From sequence record PV764938.1: a DNA stretch of 64,000 nucleotides, one strand, 5' to 3'. The position numbers and the translations under genes are program-made. Positions 18,805-29,079 of the stretch are shown here, one piece after another; within the stretch, counting starts at the first letter, position 1; every line of letters begins with the position of its first letter. The notes below the pieces were generated by a model that worked only from the letters and a program-made list of their open reading frames with translations, was not told the origin of the DNA and searched no databases.

Positions 18805-20040
18805 ATGAAACACCTATGCGACTTGCCAATCCCTACCATCCGTGCTATTCTTAGCAAGACTTGGCGTCTGAGCGAAAAGCTCGACGGTTCGTTCATGCGA
18901 GCCGGTTTGGATGAGAATGGCGTCTTCTATACGGAGCGCAAGGGTAAGAACCGCTATTACAGTGTGGATGATTGGCCCGATTTACCCTGGACCAATTACT
19001 TCCGTAGTGCTCACTTGGCACTTGAAGCAGTCTTCGATGGACTCGCTGATCACAACCTGCTTACAGGGAAATACGTTGACATTGAAGTCATTGGCGGTGA
19101 ACTCCCCAATAGCATTCGCTATAGCCTGTTCAGCGCGAACAACCTGTGGATCACCGGTGGCACTGCATTCATGGAAGTAGCCGAAATCGGTGGCAAGAAG
19201 CTATTCCGTTTCGGTGGTAACCAAAGCCATTTCGGCCACATAAAGGTCGCTTCGAATTTCTGGAAGACAACCGACGGCATCGATCTAGTGAAAGAGCGCA
19301 AGGAAATTGCGTGGTCGCTTCGTCGCATGGATATGCTAGATATTGACGCTCATGAACTCTTTGAGGGCCGTGAGCTCAACTTGCGGACATGGCTTGAACG
19401 TACTGTCGTGTTCCGCGGAGAAACTACAAACAATGGTGATCTTCTCGACGCCAAGCTGAATCGCAAGCCGGAGTTCGTACAGCAAGAGGACTGGTCAGCT
19501 AATCGGTTGGAAATCCTAGCCCAGCTCAAAGTAAAGCGCGAGTCTCTCCGTGATGAGTTCGTAAAGCTCTGCAACGTCACGGCCCGCATTTTGAAGCTCA
19601 AGCTCCAACACGTCGACTATGAGAATTTCAAGAAGCGGATTCCATCGCCGGGTGAAGTAGAAGGCGTGGTCATTTCGGTTTGGCTCAACTATCCGGAAAA
19701 GCTTGTATTCAAGGTCGTTGATAAAGATCATTTTGCACCTTTGAACAACTTCACGCATATTGTTCGGTATTGGCTACAGGGTGGAAGACGACCCGAGCGC
19801 CCAAGCTTCTGGTCACGGACCGAACACTGGCCCATGCAGAAACGCCTGGATCGACTAGAAGTGTTGCGTCGTCGATACCAGCGTGGCAAATATGCGCTCG
19901 AACATACTTTCGATCGACGACCACTTGCCTATTCAAACTGGGAACTAGACCAGCGAACGCTTTTGTTGTTCGCGGAACTCAAGCAGAGGATTCAAAATGG
20001 GTGGGGCAGCATTCAAGGACAAGGCCCGTCGGATCAATAA
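18805..20040 (+). CDS. ATP-dependent ligase-like nucleotidyltransferase (RNA-ligase-like)
   Basis: Motif I SEKLDGS, DIEVI, EGVV, FKVVDK. Confidence 0.65.
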   Translation: MKHLCDLPIPTIRAILSKTWRLSEKLDGSFMRAGLDENGVFYTERKGKNRYYSVDDWPDLPWTNYFRSAHLALEAVFDGLADHNLLTGKYVDIEVIGGELPNSIRYSLFSANNLWITGGTAFMEVAEIGGKKLFRFGGNQSHFGHIKVASNFWKTTDGIDLVKERKEIAWSLRRMDMLDIDAHELFEGRELNLRTWLERTVVFRGETTNNGDLLDAKLNRKPEFVQQEDWSANRLEILAQLKVKRESLRDEFVKLCNVTARILKLKLQHVDYENFKKRIPSPGEVEGVVISVWLNYPEKLVFKVVDKDHFAPLNNFTHIVRYWLQGGRRPERPSFWSRTEHWPMQKRLDRLEVLRRRYQRGKYALEHTFDRRPLAYSNWELDQRTLLLFAELKQRIQNGWGSIQGQGPSDQ

Positions 20041-20857
20041 AGAGGAAATTATCCCCACGTTGAAGTGGATCGCCTATAAGACTGGGCTTGGATATCCCTA
20101 TTTGATCAACAACATGATGGGCTCCGCCGGTAAATCCGAAACATCTGGCGACATTGACATCAACATGGATCAGACCAAATACGACAAGCGGGCGCTTTTG
20201 AATAAGCTCGTGAACGTGTTGGGTCCCGATGATGTCAAAGACTGGACTCATGTGAATCAGATCTTCACTTGCATTCCCATCACGGGTGATCCGGCTCACG
20301 GTTACGTGCAGGTCGACTTCATGTTCGGCAATCATGCCTGGCAAGCGTTCTCGTATCACAGCCCAGGCCCAACGTCCCAGTACAAGGGACTATTTCGGAC
20401 TGAACTGATTAAAGCCGCAGTTGCGTTCAACTCGGATTGGACTCTCATGGAGAATGACGAGTTGGTTGCTCGTGTCGGTCCGACATTCTTCCACGACAAA
20501 GGTCTTGTCTGGCGTTATCGTCATCGTGCTCCACGCAAGGATGGCAAAGGCCGAGTAAAAGCACTCAGTGAGCTTACGGAAGCAGAATTCCTGCAGATGT
20601 ATCCGGATGCTAAGAAAGCGTCCGCGCTTATCGTTGATAGTCCCAAGGGCGTTGCTGAGCTAATCTTCGGTTCGGATAAAACCCTACAAGCTTTCGACCG
20701 CTACGAAACGCTCAGTGAGAAGCTGAAGACGTTCTACGGGAGAAACTCCTATGGGACCATCATGGAGATTTTCGAAGAACGATTAAATAGTCTGAAGGTT
20801 GACATACCTAAGGACATTATCGATGAAATTCTTGCAGCAACTAGAGCCGCTGGTTGA
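19997..20857 (+). CDS. Pol-beta superfamily nucleotidyltransferase
   Basis: MGSAGK..SGDIDI and VQVDFM (third Asp). Confidence 0.75.
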   Translation: MGGAAFKDKARRINKEEIIPTLKWIAYKTGLGYPYLINNMMGSAGKSETSGDIDINMDQTKYDKRALLNKLVNVLGPDDVKDWTHVNQIFTCIPITGDPAHGYVQVDFMFGNHAWQAFSYHSPGPTSQYKGLFRTELIKAAVAFNSDWTLMENDELVARVGPTFFHDKGLVWRYRHRAPRKDGKGRVKALSELTEAEFLQMYPDAKKASALIVDSPKGVAELIFGSDKTLQAFDRYETLSEKLKTFYGRNSYGTIMEIFEERLNSLKVDIPKDIIDEILAATRAAG

Positions 20858-21500
20858 AACTCACACTACGGCTATAGAAGAGAAACTGGAAGAGTCCAGT
20901 GTGATTCGCGCACTGGACCAATTCCGTCATTATACGATCCGTGATATCGCGGACTTCGCATTCCTGCATTTCCTCATTTTGTTCATCTTGGAAACGGACT
21001 TCAAGAGCTCCGTTCTCGTAAAGGGCCACGCTACTCGTACCCTACAACACGTTGATTTTAAAAAGCTTTCCTTTATCGGCACCGATCTTTATCTGTACTT
21101 GCATTTGCTTTTGGGTCACAGCTTAGACAAACTCAAGCAGACACCGGCCAATGCAATCTTCATGCGTCGCAATCATCTCCAGGAACGCGACGTAAAGAGT
21201 ATGCTCCGTGATATGGCAAATGGTCATCGCGATGAAGCAAAGGAATCCCGTTTTCTTCTATCCCTGGAGAAAAACCTACAAATAGACACAGCCAATTATC
21301 GCAGTTGCCGACGACTTGTCGCATACTGGGATGAGCAGGATACTCACAATCAAAAACTGGTTGTAACGAGAATTCTCTTGGCTTTGAGGACACGAACACC
21401 AAAATCTGACCTGCTACCCTATTTAGAAGCCTACGCTAAGGCGAAAGCTTTTGAACTCAAGCACGTCAAGAACCCGGAGAAACACGATGAAAGCAATTGA
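20823..21500 (+). CDS. conserved hypothetical (probable virion-internal) protein
   Basis: MKFLQQLE...KLEES leader; start re-assigned to ATG 20823. Confidence 0.65.
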   Translation: MKFLQQLEPLVETHTTAIEEKLEESSVIRALDQFRHYTIRDIADFAFLHFLILFILETDFKSSVLVKGHATRTLQHVDFKKLSFIGTDLYLYLHLLLGHSLDKLKQTPANAIFMRRNHLQERDVKSMLRDMANGHRDEAKESRFLLSLEKNLQIDTANYRSCRRLVAYWDEQDTHNQKLVVTRILLALRTRTPKSDLLPYLEAYAKAKAFELKHVKNPEKHDESN

Positions 21501-21684
21501 AATTCTTTCTGAAAGCCAATTGGCCCTTTTCGAACATGCAAGCGGTGGTGGCACCGGTGCAGGCTCTGTTGCAACCTCTGTAGGAGGCCTTGGTGCTGGC
21601 TTTGACCCTGATGCTGACTTCGGCATTTACGGCGAAAATCCTAATAAGAAAAAGGCTAAAAAAGCAACTGTGATTCGTCGGTAA
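21487..21684 (+). CDS. small Gly-rich late protein
   Basis: MKAIEILSE..LFEHASGGGTGAGSVA. Confidence 0.65.
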   Translation: MKAIEILSESQLALFEHASGGGTGAGSVATSVGGLGAGFDPDADFGIYGENPNKKKAKKATVIRR

Positions 21685-21737
21685 GACACTCAGAGCATAA
21701 ATAGTTTTAACAGAAACTCTCATTTGGAGTACACACA

Positions 21738-22136
21738 ATGACTGAAAAAGTTAATGGTACCAGCTTTGCTGGTCAGTTCCTCACAGGCGGCCTGAACTTC
21801 TACAAGGTTCGTACAACTCTCGATATCCGCGCTACTGGCGTTATCGGTGATGCGTCCCAGAAGCGTCTTGACAAGCTTGTTGAAACAATCTCGACACGCG
21901 CTCAGCCAGTTATCCTGTCGGCTGTTACATCGGCTGTAGAAGCTGCACCAACAGACCTCGTTGGCACAAACGTAACAGTTTACACACTGTCGTTCGCTAT
22001 CGAGCACAACATGGCTTGGGAAGTTGCTGGTTCTAAGAACCCAGACCTCGCTGAGTCGCTCGACGGCATTGAAGGCTTTGTAAACGACGGCGTTGCTATC
22101 GGCAACGTTTCGGTACAGCTCGTAGAATCCCTGTAA
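21738..22136 (+). CDS. putative abundant virion structural protein
   Basis: Own TAAATA (21698), GGAG RBS, highly biased codons, own terminator. Confidence 0.6.
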   Translation: MTEKVNGTSFAGQFLTGGLNFYKVRTTLDIRATGVIGDASQKRLDKLVETISTRAQPVILSAVTSAVEAAPTDLVGTNVTVYTLSFAIEHNMAWEVAGSKNPDLAESLDGIEGFVNDGVAIGNVSVQLVESL

Positions 22137-22162
22137 TCCCTTCCTCGGTTACAGTTACAAAG

Positions 22163-22195
22163 AAGCCAGCGGATCAAAGCGATTCGCTGGTTTTT
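22163..22195 (+). terminator. rho-independent terminator
   Basis: CCAGCGGATC/GATTCGCTGG stem followed by TTTTT. Confidence 0.7.
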
Positions 22196-22401
22196 CCTTG
22201 AATGGCTTGGTGCACCGGAGGGCAAAGCTCTCTCATAGTTTCGGCAATCTCTTTGCCATTACCATCGCCGACACGTTCATCATAGAGCTCAACAAAACGT
22301 GCCCAGAAAGTGTCGCCGTTGGTGTGTTTCTCAGCATTGCAGTGGTCGAGAACGGAAACTGCAATTAAAAGTCGGCTGCGAGCAGTATCTTCAATTTTCA
22401 T
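22174..22401 (-). CDS. early hypothetical protein
   Basis: GGAGATCGAACATG leader and TTGACA promoter at 22449-22454. Confidence 0.7.
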   Translation of the reverse strand: MKIEDTARSRLLIAVSVLDHCNAEKHTNGDTFWARFVELYDERVGDGNGKEIAETMRELCPPVHQAIQGKTSESL

Positions 22402-22585
22402 GTTCGATCTCCCCTCGGTTTCCTAAACGCTAACACAGGATCCAGATTTGTCAACCATGTCAAAAAGAAACCGAGCCTAAGCCCGGTTTTCAAGTTGTTT
22501 TGTTCTAGTTGGTTCGGGGAACCTCACCCATCTAGAACTGCTCTGCGTGTTAAACAAACAATCTTAGCGTGCATTTGTCAACACG

Positions 22586-23890
22586 TTAGCGTGAAATTTC
22601 CTTAGCACGTTTAATATAATCGGTTACATCACGCCCAATGCCCTGGAACTCCAGGAACTTTCCGTTATCGTCGAAGACTGCGCGGTCGATCCAATCGAGC
22701 CAACGAGTCTCTCCATTGTAGGAAACCCGGTGAAGCGTGCGCTTTACTGGAGATTCCACTGTGATCGCTGTGAGGTGAGACAACACCCGTTGATGGTCAC
22801 GAATATCGATGGCCTCAAGTAGACTCGTATTTGGCGTGAACGGCTTCCCAAAGTAATCCAGGAATGTCTGGTTCACAAAGGTCAAGCATAGGTCCATACC
22901 ATAGCAGGCAACGACGTCAAAGGTGTTGTCGGTGATGCTCTTGTAGCGTTCACGAGACAAGTGAAGAATCTGCTCTACGTCCTTGAGATGGGTGATGTCT
23001 CGGATGACCTTGATTCGAGCCTTTGCATTGCGCCAATCAACAACTCGCTCGTTGATTGCGACTTCAACGGAGCCACCAGTTTTTGTACGGAACAAAGTCG
23101 TGTAGGCTTTGTTCGTCATATCACTGGAGCTTCCAATGCGAGAACGTTCCATCGGATGGATGAAATCTTCTGCACGCATTTTGGCAATTTCCGCGTTGGT
23201 GAAACCCGTCATTTCGGTAAGGCGAGGATTCCAGTCCAAGAGACCTGTGTCATTGTGGATCATCATGGCCTCATTCGAAGCCTGTCCAAACACTCGGAAG
23301 TGTTCTTCGGATTCCAACAGAAGCTGCTCGGCCTCAACATGTTCGGTAATGTCTTGGACCAAAAGCATGAACTTGGTCGATCCATCGGAGCGTTCAAATT
23401 CACTGATCTTGATGTTCGGGTAGAACTGATCTCCATCCTTAGTGATACCACGGATAGTGAGTTTGCCCTTGCGGACAAGATCCCAACTGTGAGCTACACC
23501 ACGGAATGTGTCTTGGATGGTTTCAAGAGTGACTCCGCCGTTTGAATCCGTAAAAAGATCACCGACGGTTTTCTGCAGGAATTCCGATTTGCAGAAGCCG
23601 AAAATCTGTTCAGCCGCTACGTTGATGTTTTCGAGTTTTCCCTCGTCGGAAACAAGAATCAATGCATCAGGAATTACGAGACTGGTTGCCTCGATTTGGT
23701 TTGTGTAATCGTCGATGCGATCACGGAGTCCAACAGTGACATCCTTAGCTAGACTAAGAGTGTCGCCTGCTGCACTCATAAAAGCGGTGTAGCTTTCATT
23801 AACCTTATTAATCTGTTCGTCGGCCGCTTGTGCTTTCTTCAAGAGCTCAGCGTTACTGGTACCAAACATGGATCGAATTAGCCGCTTCAT
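22586..23890 (-). CDS. coiled-coil plus three tandem PAS domains, no output domain
   Basis: IPDALILVSDEG...NVAAEQIFGF; WNPRLTEMTGF; FVNQTFLDYFG; PAC ends QDIT, RDIT, GIGRDVT; stop follows third PAS. Confidence 0.9.
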   Translation of the reverse strand: MKRLIRSMFGTSNAELLKKAQAADEQINKVNESYTAFMSAAGDTLSLAKDVTVGLRDRIDDYTNQIEATSLVIPDALILVSDEGKLENINVAAEQIFGFCKSEFLQKTVGDLFTDSNGGVTLETIQDTFRGVAHSWDLVRKGKLTIRGITKDGDQFYPNIKISEFERSDGSTKFMLLVQDITEHVEAEQLLLESEEHFRVFGQASNEAMMIHNDTGLLDWNPRLTEMTGFTNAEIAKMRAEDFIHPMERSRIGSSSDMTNKAYTTLFRTKTGGSVEVAINERVVDWRNAKARIKVIRDITHLKDVEQILHLSRERYKSITDNTFDVVACYGMDLCLTFVNQTFLDYFGKPFTPNTSLLEAIDIRDHQRVLSHLTAITVESPVKRTLHRVSYNGETRWLDWIDRAVFDDNGKFLEFQGIGRDVTDYIKRAKEISR

Positions 23891-24135
23891 TATAGTTTGC
23901 CCTTAATTTCAGCTAGAACGATTTTTAGTCCATGCAGAGCTTCTGTGATCGTCAGGTTACCTTTATAGTAATCGTCAATGATCTTTTCCAGCTTCGCGTC
24001 TTTCTTCTCAATATCTGCAACTAGGCGTCTACGGTCCCAAATCAGAACGCCAATGAACCCCACCAGAAGAGCGATAATTGCTCCGGGACCTCCATTGGAG
24101 ATCGTCGTGAGCAACAATTTCAAAATTTCTTCCAT
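23890..24135 (-). CDS. small single-pass membrane protein (holin-like or sensor partner)
   Basis: TM segment GPGAIIALLVGFIGVLIW then coiled coil; TAATG-coupled to PAS gene; TAAATA upstream. Confidence 0.7.
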   Translation of the reverse strand: MEEILKLLLTTISNGGPGAIIALLVGFIGVLIWDRRRLVADIEKKDAKLEKIIDDYYKGNLTITEALHGLKIVLAEIKGKL

Positions 24136-24229
24136 TTGTGTTGTTCCGTACTTAGAATGCGATGTGTATTGAATATTTATGTGATGTACCCAGTTCACAT
24201 AAATAGCATATTAGTTTGGAGTATTGGGC

Positions 24230-26002
24230 ATGGCTTCCACAGAACCTTTCGACGTTTCCGCAGTTTTGGCAGCATTGGGCGTTAAGCCCGAAGTCGCTAA
24301 AAGCCTGCAGAACAAGATGGACGGCGTAGATTATTTGAATCTAGTAAACTCGCTCTCCGATGATTCCGAAGGTGGTCGTGAAAGAGCTACGCAGATACTA
24401 GCCAAGTACGGAATCAAAATTCGCAAGGTGCCTCACATGGAAAATACACGCCTGGAATCCATCTTCAAAGAGATGCACGCTGGTAAGGATTACGAAGCAG
24501 CCCACAATACTGCTTTTGTTCGTCCGATCAGCGAAATGGAATCTCCGTCCGCAGCAATGTCCGGATATTCCTCGTTTGTTCGCGCTGCCAATGATTCGGA
24601 TGCAGAAACGCTCCGTGACTGGCTAGAAGAGAACGAATTCGACTACCAGAATAATGACAAACTCACGTTTCTTGTGCAAAGTGCAGATCGTGAACGAACC
24701 TACCGTTTGAATCACTTCATGGGTAAGATGAACGGCAAGACATCAGTTATGGACGAACTCGACGAAGCATCCCCTCAGTCGATTAACTCGATCATTGATG
24801 GAGTTGGCGCAAGTGGTTCTAACCGCACACCGATGGCACAGGACGACAAGTCAAAGCGTTTGTTTACTCGTGGTTTCCGCGCTGGTTTTGCTGGTAACTC
24901 CCATGCAAGCGATGAAGGTGTATCCGATGCGGACATGGCAATTGTAGACAAGGGTTTGCAAGCTGGCCGAGTAGCACGCAAGAAGGCTGGTGAGCAGAAT
25001 GTTCCAGCTTCGCATGTTGAAGGTCGCTTCGGAACAAAGAAATTGAATCCGGCTTTCACTAAGGCTGCTGATGCAGCAATGGCGCAGGCAATGGATGAAT
25101 CCGTTGTAGAAGAAAAGAAGAAGAATATGGCTAAGGATGATCTTCCAAAGCAACGCAATCCGTTTGCGGCTCAGGTTATTAAGAAGTCGGGTGGTGGCGC
25201 TCACAACAGCAAGGACCCATCCCGTCGTGACGCTTGGTCCCGCAACGCAAAGCATAAGGGCCGTAGCTACGAGTCCATCGAAGAGAGCATCTTCACACAG
25301 GGCGAATCTGTCCAGTTCGAAGGCAATGATTGCTCCGTACAAATCCCAAGTGGCCCGAATGGCACTGTTGGTCTCCTGATCGACGGCAAGGTTCGCATGG
25401 TCCGCGAAAGCGACATTTCCCGTGTAGATGAAGGAGTTCTAGGTATGACAAAGGTCGACCCACTATACCGTTTGCGAGAGTTGGCCGGAGTTAAACCTTC
25501 TGCTACGAAGATCGAAGAAGATGATTTCGGAACTGTTGATCCGATGGCTGACATGGATGTCGCTGATGACTTTGATGATGCAGGTGCCGATTTTGATGCA
25601 GGTGACATTGGCGGTGATTTCGCTGACCCTGCTGATGACATGGGTATGGACATTGGTGGCGCGTCGGACGACCTGGCAGGATCCGCAGACATTGGCGGTG
25701 GACTTGATCCAATGGCAGATGACGGTCTGGACGGTGATTTTGGTGGTGCTGGTCCTGCTATGGACGGTGGTATTCCTGGCGAACTCCCACCAATGGGCGC
25801 CGGCGATGCTCTCGGTGTTGGCCCTGTAGACTCTGAGGCTTACACTCAGATCCAGGATCATTTGAATAACATCCAGGCTTCCCTCGGTGATGTAAAGCTT
25901 TCGGAGTACCGTTCGCTCATCGCTAAGCTTGAGGCTCTTGCGGTTCAGGTTAAGTCCATGGGTCGTGACTATCTCGGCGAACAGCGCAAGTTGAAGAAGT
26001 AA
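24230..26002 (+). CDS. large acidic head-internal/scaffold-like protein
   Basis: TAAATA at 24200; many xxE sites; Asp/Gly/Met low-complexity tract. Confidence 0.6.
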   Translation: MASTEPFDVSAVLAALGVKPEVAKSLQNKMDGVDYLNLVNSLSDDSEGGRERATQILAKYGIKIRKVPHMENTRLESIFKEMHAGKDYEAAHNTAFVRPISEMESPSAAMSGYSSFVRAANDSDAETLRDWLEENEFDYQNNDKLTFLVQSADRERTYRLNHFMGKMNGKTSVMDELDEASPQSINSIIDGVGASGSNRTPMAQDDKSKRLFTRGFRAGFAGNSHASDEGVSDADMAIVDKGLQAGRVARKKAGEQNVPASHVEGRFGTKKLNPAFTKAADAAMAQAMDESVVEEKKKNMAKDDLPKQRNPFAAQVIKKSGGGAHNSKDPSRRDAWSRNAKHKGRSYESIEESIFTQGESVQFEGNDCSVQIPSGPNGTVGLLIDGKVRMVRESDISRVDEGVLGMTKVDPLYRLRELAGVKPSATKIEEDDFGTVDPMADMDVADDFDDAGADFDAGDIGGDFADPADDMGMDIGGASDDLAGSADIGGGLDPMADDGLDGDFGGAGPAMDGGIPGELPPMGAGDALGVGPVDSEAYTQIQDHLNNIQASLGDVKLSEYRSLIAKLEALAVQVKSMGRDYLGEQRKLKK

Positions 26003-26003
26003 G

Positions 26004-26234
26004 ATGCGATTTTACGAAATTAAAGGCGGGATCCAGGTCCCGCTTTCCAATGAAGAGCGTAGACTTCTTGAGTCCGTTGAGACTGAAGGACAAGTCCTAG
26101 GTGAAGACCTTGACGAACGTGATCGCGAGCTTGCCCGTCAACTCGTGGTCCGTGGCGTCTTCAATATGATCGAGAACGAAGATGATTCCATCACCTATAC
26201 GGTGAACAAGCTAGAAGATATTTGGAGAGACTAA
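26004..26234 (+). CDS. late hypothetical protein
   Basis: MRFYEI leader; coupled to neighbours. Confidence 0.7.
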   Translation: MRFYEIKGGIQVPLSNEERRLLESVETEGQVLGEDLDERDRELARQLVVRGVFNMIENEDDSITYTVNKLEDIWRD

Positions 26235-26893
26235 TGAATAACATCGGCGTCGGCCCAACTGCACAAGACGTAAACGAGATGCAGAAGCTGATTAACTTGA
26301 TGAACGGTAACGCGGACGAACAGTCCTATGAACCAGTTCGTCAGTCTGCCCCTGTTCCTGCAGTGGTAACTTCCGACAAGGATCACATGAAGAAGATCCT
26401 AGAAGGTTTTTACGGCGCTGCTGGTGAAGCGATCACTGAAGTTGTTCGTGAATCTACTCATGACCGTCGTCTCCAAGAAGCAATGCAGACCCACCGCACT
26501 GATGAAGGTGCAATCATTGGGTCTTGGGAAGTTCGTGTAAAGATCACGGAATCCAACGGAGCCAAGCGTAAGATGTACGATGTTCTGCATCCTGGAACAA
26601 AGAGTACGCTGTTCTCCGATCTCGTAATTTTTGAAGCAGCTCATGCGATCGTTCGTTACCTGAACAAGGGTCTTCATACGACTCACAATAAGATCGTTGA
26701 GATCGCAGACCTCGAAGAAATTTACCGACGCAATCGTCAGGATGCCATCATTTTCAAGAAGCGTTACGAGCGTTGCTTGGAACTGAAAGAGACTGCCGCT
26801 GGTGAAGTGTTTGAAGCTCGCTATCACAAGGCTAGAGCACAAGCAATCGTTGCCAACGACTCCATCAAGACGATTCTAGACAATATTCGATAA
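26234..26893 (+). CDS. late hypothetical protein
   Basis: TAATG coupling, GGAG RBS. Confidence 0.7.
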   Translation: MNNIGVGPTAQDVNEMQKLINLMNGNADEQSYEPVRQSAPVPAVVTSDKDHMKKILEGFYGAAGEAITEVVRESTHDRRLQEAMQTHRTDEGAIIGSWEVRVKITESNGAKRKMYDVLHPGTKSTLFSDLVIFEAAHAIVRYLNKGLHTTHNKIVEIADLEEIYRRNRQDAIIFKKRYERCLELKETAAGEVFEARYHKARAQAIVANDSIKTILDNIR

Positions 26894-26987
26894 CACGGTT
26901 TGGCACATCGTGCCAAGTGTCAGGAAAACTGTGGCAGAATAAATAGTTATAAATTAAGCAACTTCCCTTGAATTGGAAGGTTAACAC

Positions 26988-27302
26988 ATGATTGTCAACG
27001 AACTCGAACATAGCGCCCACTTCAAGTTGGCCAAGGTTCTAAGCACTCTAAGCGAGTCGCATGGAATTCACTTGGACTTTACTCAGTCCGACTTCGATCA
27101 ACTGATGGGTGTCTACGAGGAATGCCAGAGTACTCGCTCTCGCATCGTAGAATCGGCAGCTCACAATACGTATCATAGCAATGGTAAGTATCTGGAAGCT
27201 GGTCTAATTCAAGAGGCCATCCACATTTTTCTAAGCGAGGTTGCTCCTAAGCGACTCAACCGTCGCCTGCGAACAACAGCTTTTGGAGCGAATAATGAAT
27301 AA
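26988..27302 (+). CDS. late hypothetical protein
   Basis: TAAATA at 26940; MIVNELE leader. Confidence 0.7.
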   Translation: MIVNELEHSAHFKLAKVLSTLSESHGIHLDFTQSDFDQLMGVYEECQSTRSRIVESAAHNTYHSNGKYLEAGLIQEAIHIFLSEVAPKRLNRRLRTTAFGANNE

Positions 27303-29076
27303 GAAGCATAAAATCGAACGTCTACAGGCTCTGAACGAGTCCGTAAAGGCAACGCAGGTCAAGCTTGCTCGTGCCAAGAAGCTTGAAGAGTCCCTCCGTG
27401 CAACCAACATTGGTGTGCTTCTGGAAGCTGAACTCGAACAAGCTGAAGTAATTCTCGCGGCTAAGGACTTCGTTTCGAAGCTCCAGAAGATGGCCGAAGA
27501 CCTCGCAAACATGCAGGCAGAGTCGATTCCACTTGGTGACTCCATGAAGGAAACACTCGGCCCGGACGCTGCACAGGATTTCGAAAACGCCGTAACCGAC
27601 GCTATCGCACAGGGCCTGGTTGCTGTTCGCGCTGCTAAGGATCAGATCTCTGATTCGATCACTCGCGTTGAAGGTGGTACTCCTGAGGCTTCCGCTGATA
27701 TCGGTTCCGATATGGGCGACTTCGGTGATGATGCTGGCGCTGAGGATCTCGGCGGTGATGATCTTGCTGGTGATCTTGAAGAGCCTGCTGCCGATGTATT
27801 CGGTGGTGCAGAAGCTTCGGCTGGTCCTGCTGAAGAGCCACTTGGTCGTGGTTTCAAGGAATCCTACAAGAGCATTGGTAAGAAGCTGCTTGAGCGTGAA
27901 TCCCTCGATTCGCTCGTTGGTTGGTTGTTCGAGAACATTTCCGCTACAATGCCTGCGGAACAGTTCCCGAAGTTTGCTGGTCAGATCGCAATGAAGGGCG
28001 CACAGGACTCCGAGCGTCTGGCAGGTTGGATCGGCAAGCGCAAGTACGGCAAGGGTCTTAACGCACAGCTTTCGTCCCCACTAGACGATATGGATGCTGA
28101 CATTCTCGATGAAGGTGCTCGTGCAGACCGAAAGACTGTTCAACAGCTCGAAAAAAAGAAAGCTGATGGCAAGAAGCTGAATCCATCGGAAGTTGCCCGT
28201 CTTGACCGTGCCAAGGCTAACACAGAAAAGGAATCCGTAAAGGAAGGCAAGTCCTACCGTTATGACGACGAAGACGGAGATGACGTAGACACCAAGAAGA
28301 AGGCTTCCGCTGAGAAGGGCGCAAAGGCAAAATCCAAGCGTACAATCGAAGAAGCAGTTCGTCTGATCATCGAGCGCAACATTGCACAGACCGGTAAGGG
28401 TCTCGCTGCTCGCGCAATTGCTGAAGCACAAAGCATGTTCCCAATGGTTGAGTCCACAAGCGAGTCGATCGTTGAAGCGTTCACTGCTGAATTCGGTATG
28501 TCCCCGCAGGCTTACTCCGTAAAGAAGGCAAAGGCTGTTGCTGAGGCACAGACTCTGAACCCGCAGGACAAGAAGAATGCAGCCGCTGTAATGAGCAAGG
28601 TTGCTGGTGAAATGGCAACAGATAAGGCACTGGACAAGAAGGGCGTTGACTCTGCAATGTCCAAGTTGGACCCGAAGGAGCGTTCTACAGCTCAGAAGGT
28701 AATCAACAACGCAAAGTCCCAGGGCAAGACTGTTCAGAAGGTTGGCGATCTGGTTTCCGCAACAAAGGATGAACTCGAAGAGAACATCAACGCTGCTAAC
28801 TGGCCAATCAACAGCATGGGTCAGTACAAGGGCGACGCGTTCTCGACCGACTATAACAAGCTGAAGCCAAACAAAACTTCGACGGATTCGGCTCAGGTCT
28901 CGGATACTCCAAAGGCTGCTGATGCTCCAAAGTCCGATACTCCGTGGGATGGCAGCAATAAGGCCCCTGCAGAGTCTCCAAAGACATCCGATGGTGCAAC
29001 AGCAAGCAACAAGCCTGCTAAGCCTTCCCAGGATGGTGCTACAAAGTCCGAAGGTTCTGAAGAAGAAAAGGACTAA
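27295..29076 (+). CDS. prohead core/scaffold-like coiled-coil protein
   Basis: LLEAELEQAEVILAAKDFV..LQKMAEDL; acidic linker; multiple LxE/IxE sites. Confidence 0.55.
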   Translation: MNKKHKIERLQALNESVKATQVKLARAKKLEESLRATNIGVLLEAELEQAEVILAAKDFVSKLQKMAEDLANMQAESIPLGDSMKETLGPDAAQDFENAVTDAIAQGLVAVRAAKDQISDSITRVEGGTPEASADIGSDMGDFGDDAGAEDLGGDDLAGDLEEPAADVFGGAEASAGPAEEPLGRGFKESYKSIGKKLLERESLDSLVGWLFENISATMPAEQFPKFAGQIAMKGAQDSERLAGWIGKRKYGKGLNAQLSSPLDDMDADILDEGARADRKTVQQLEKKKADGKKLNPSEVARLDRAKANTEKESVKEGKSYRYDDEDGDDVDTKKKASAEKGAKAKSKRTIEEAVRLIIERNIAQTGKGLAARAIAEAQSMFPMVESTSESIVEAFTAEFGMSPQAYSVKKAKAVAEAQTLNPQDKKNAAAVMSKVAGEMATDKALDKKGVDSAMSKLDPKERSTAQKVINNAKSQGKTVQKVGDLVSATKDELEENINAANWPINSMGQYKGDAFSTDYNKLKPNKTSTDSAQVSDTPKAADAPKSDTPWDGSNKAPAESPKTSDGATASNKPAKPSQDGATKSEGSEEEKD

Positions 29077-29079
29077 TAG

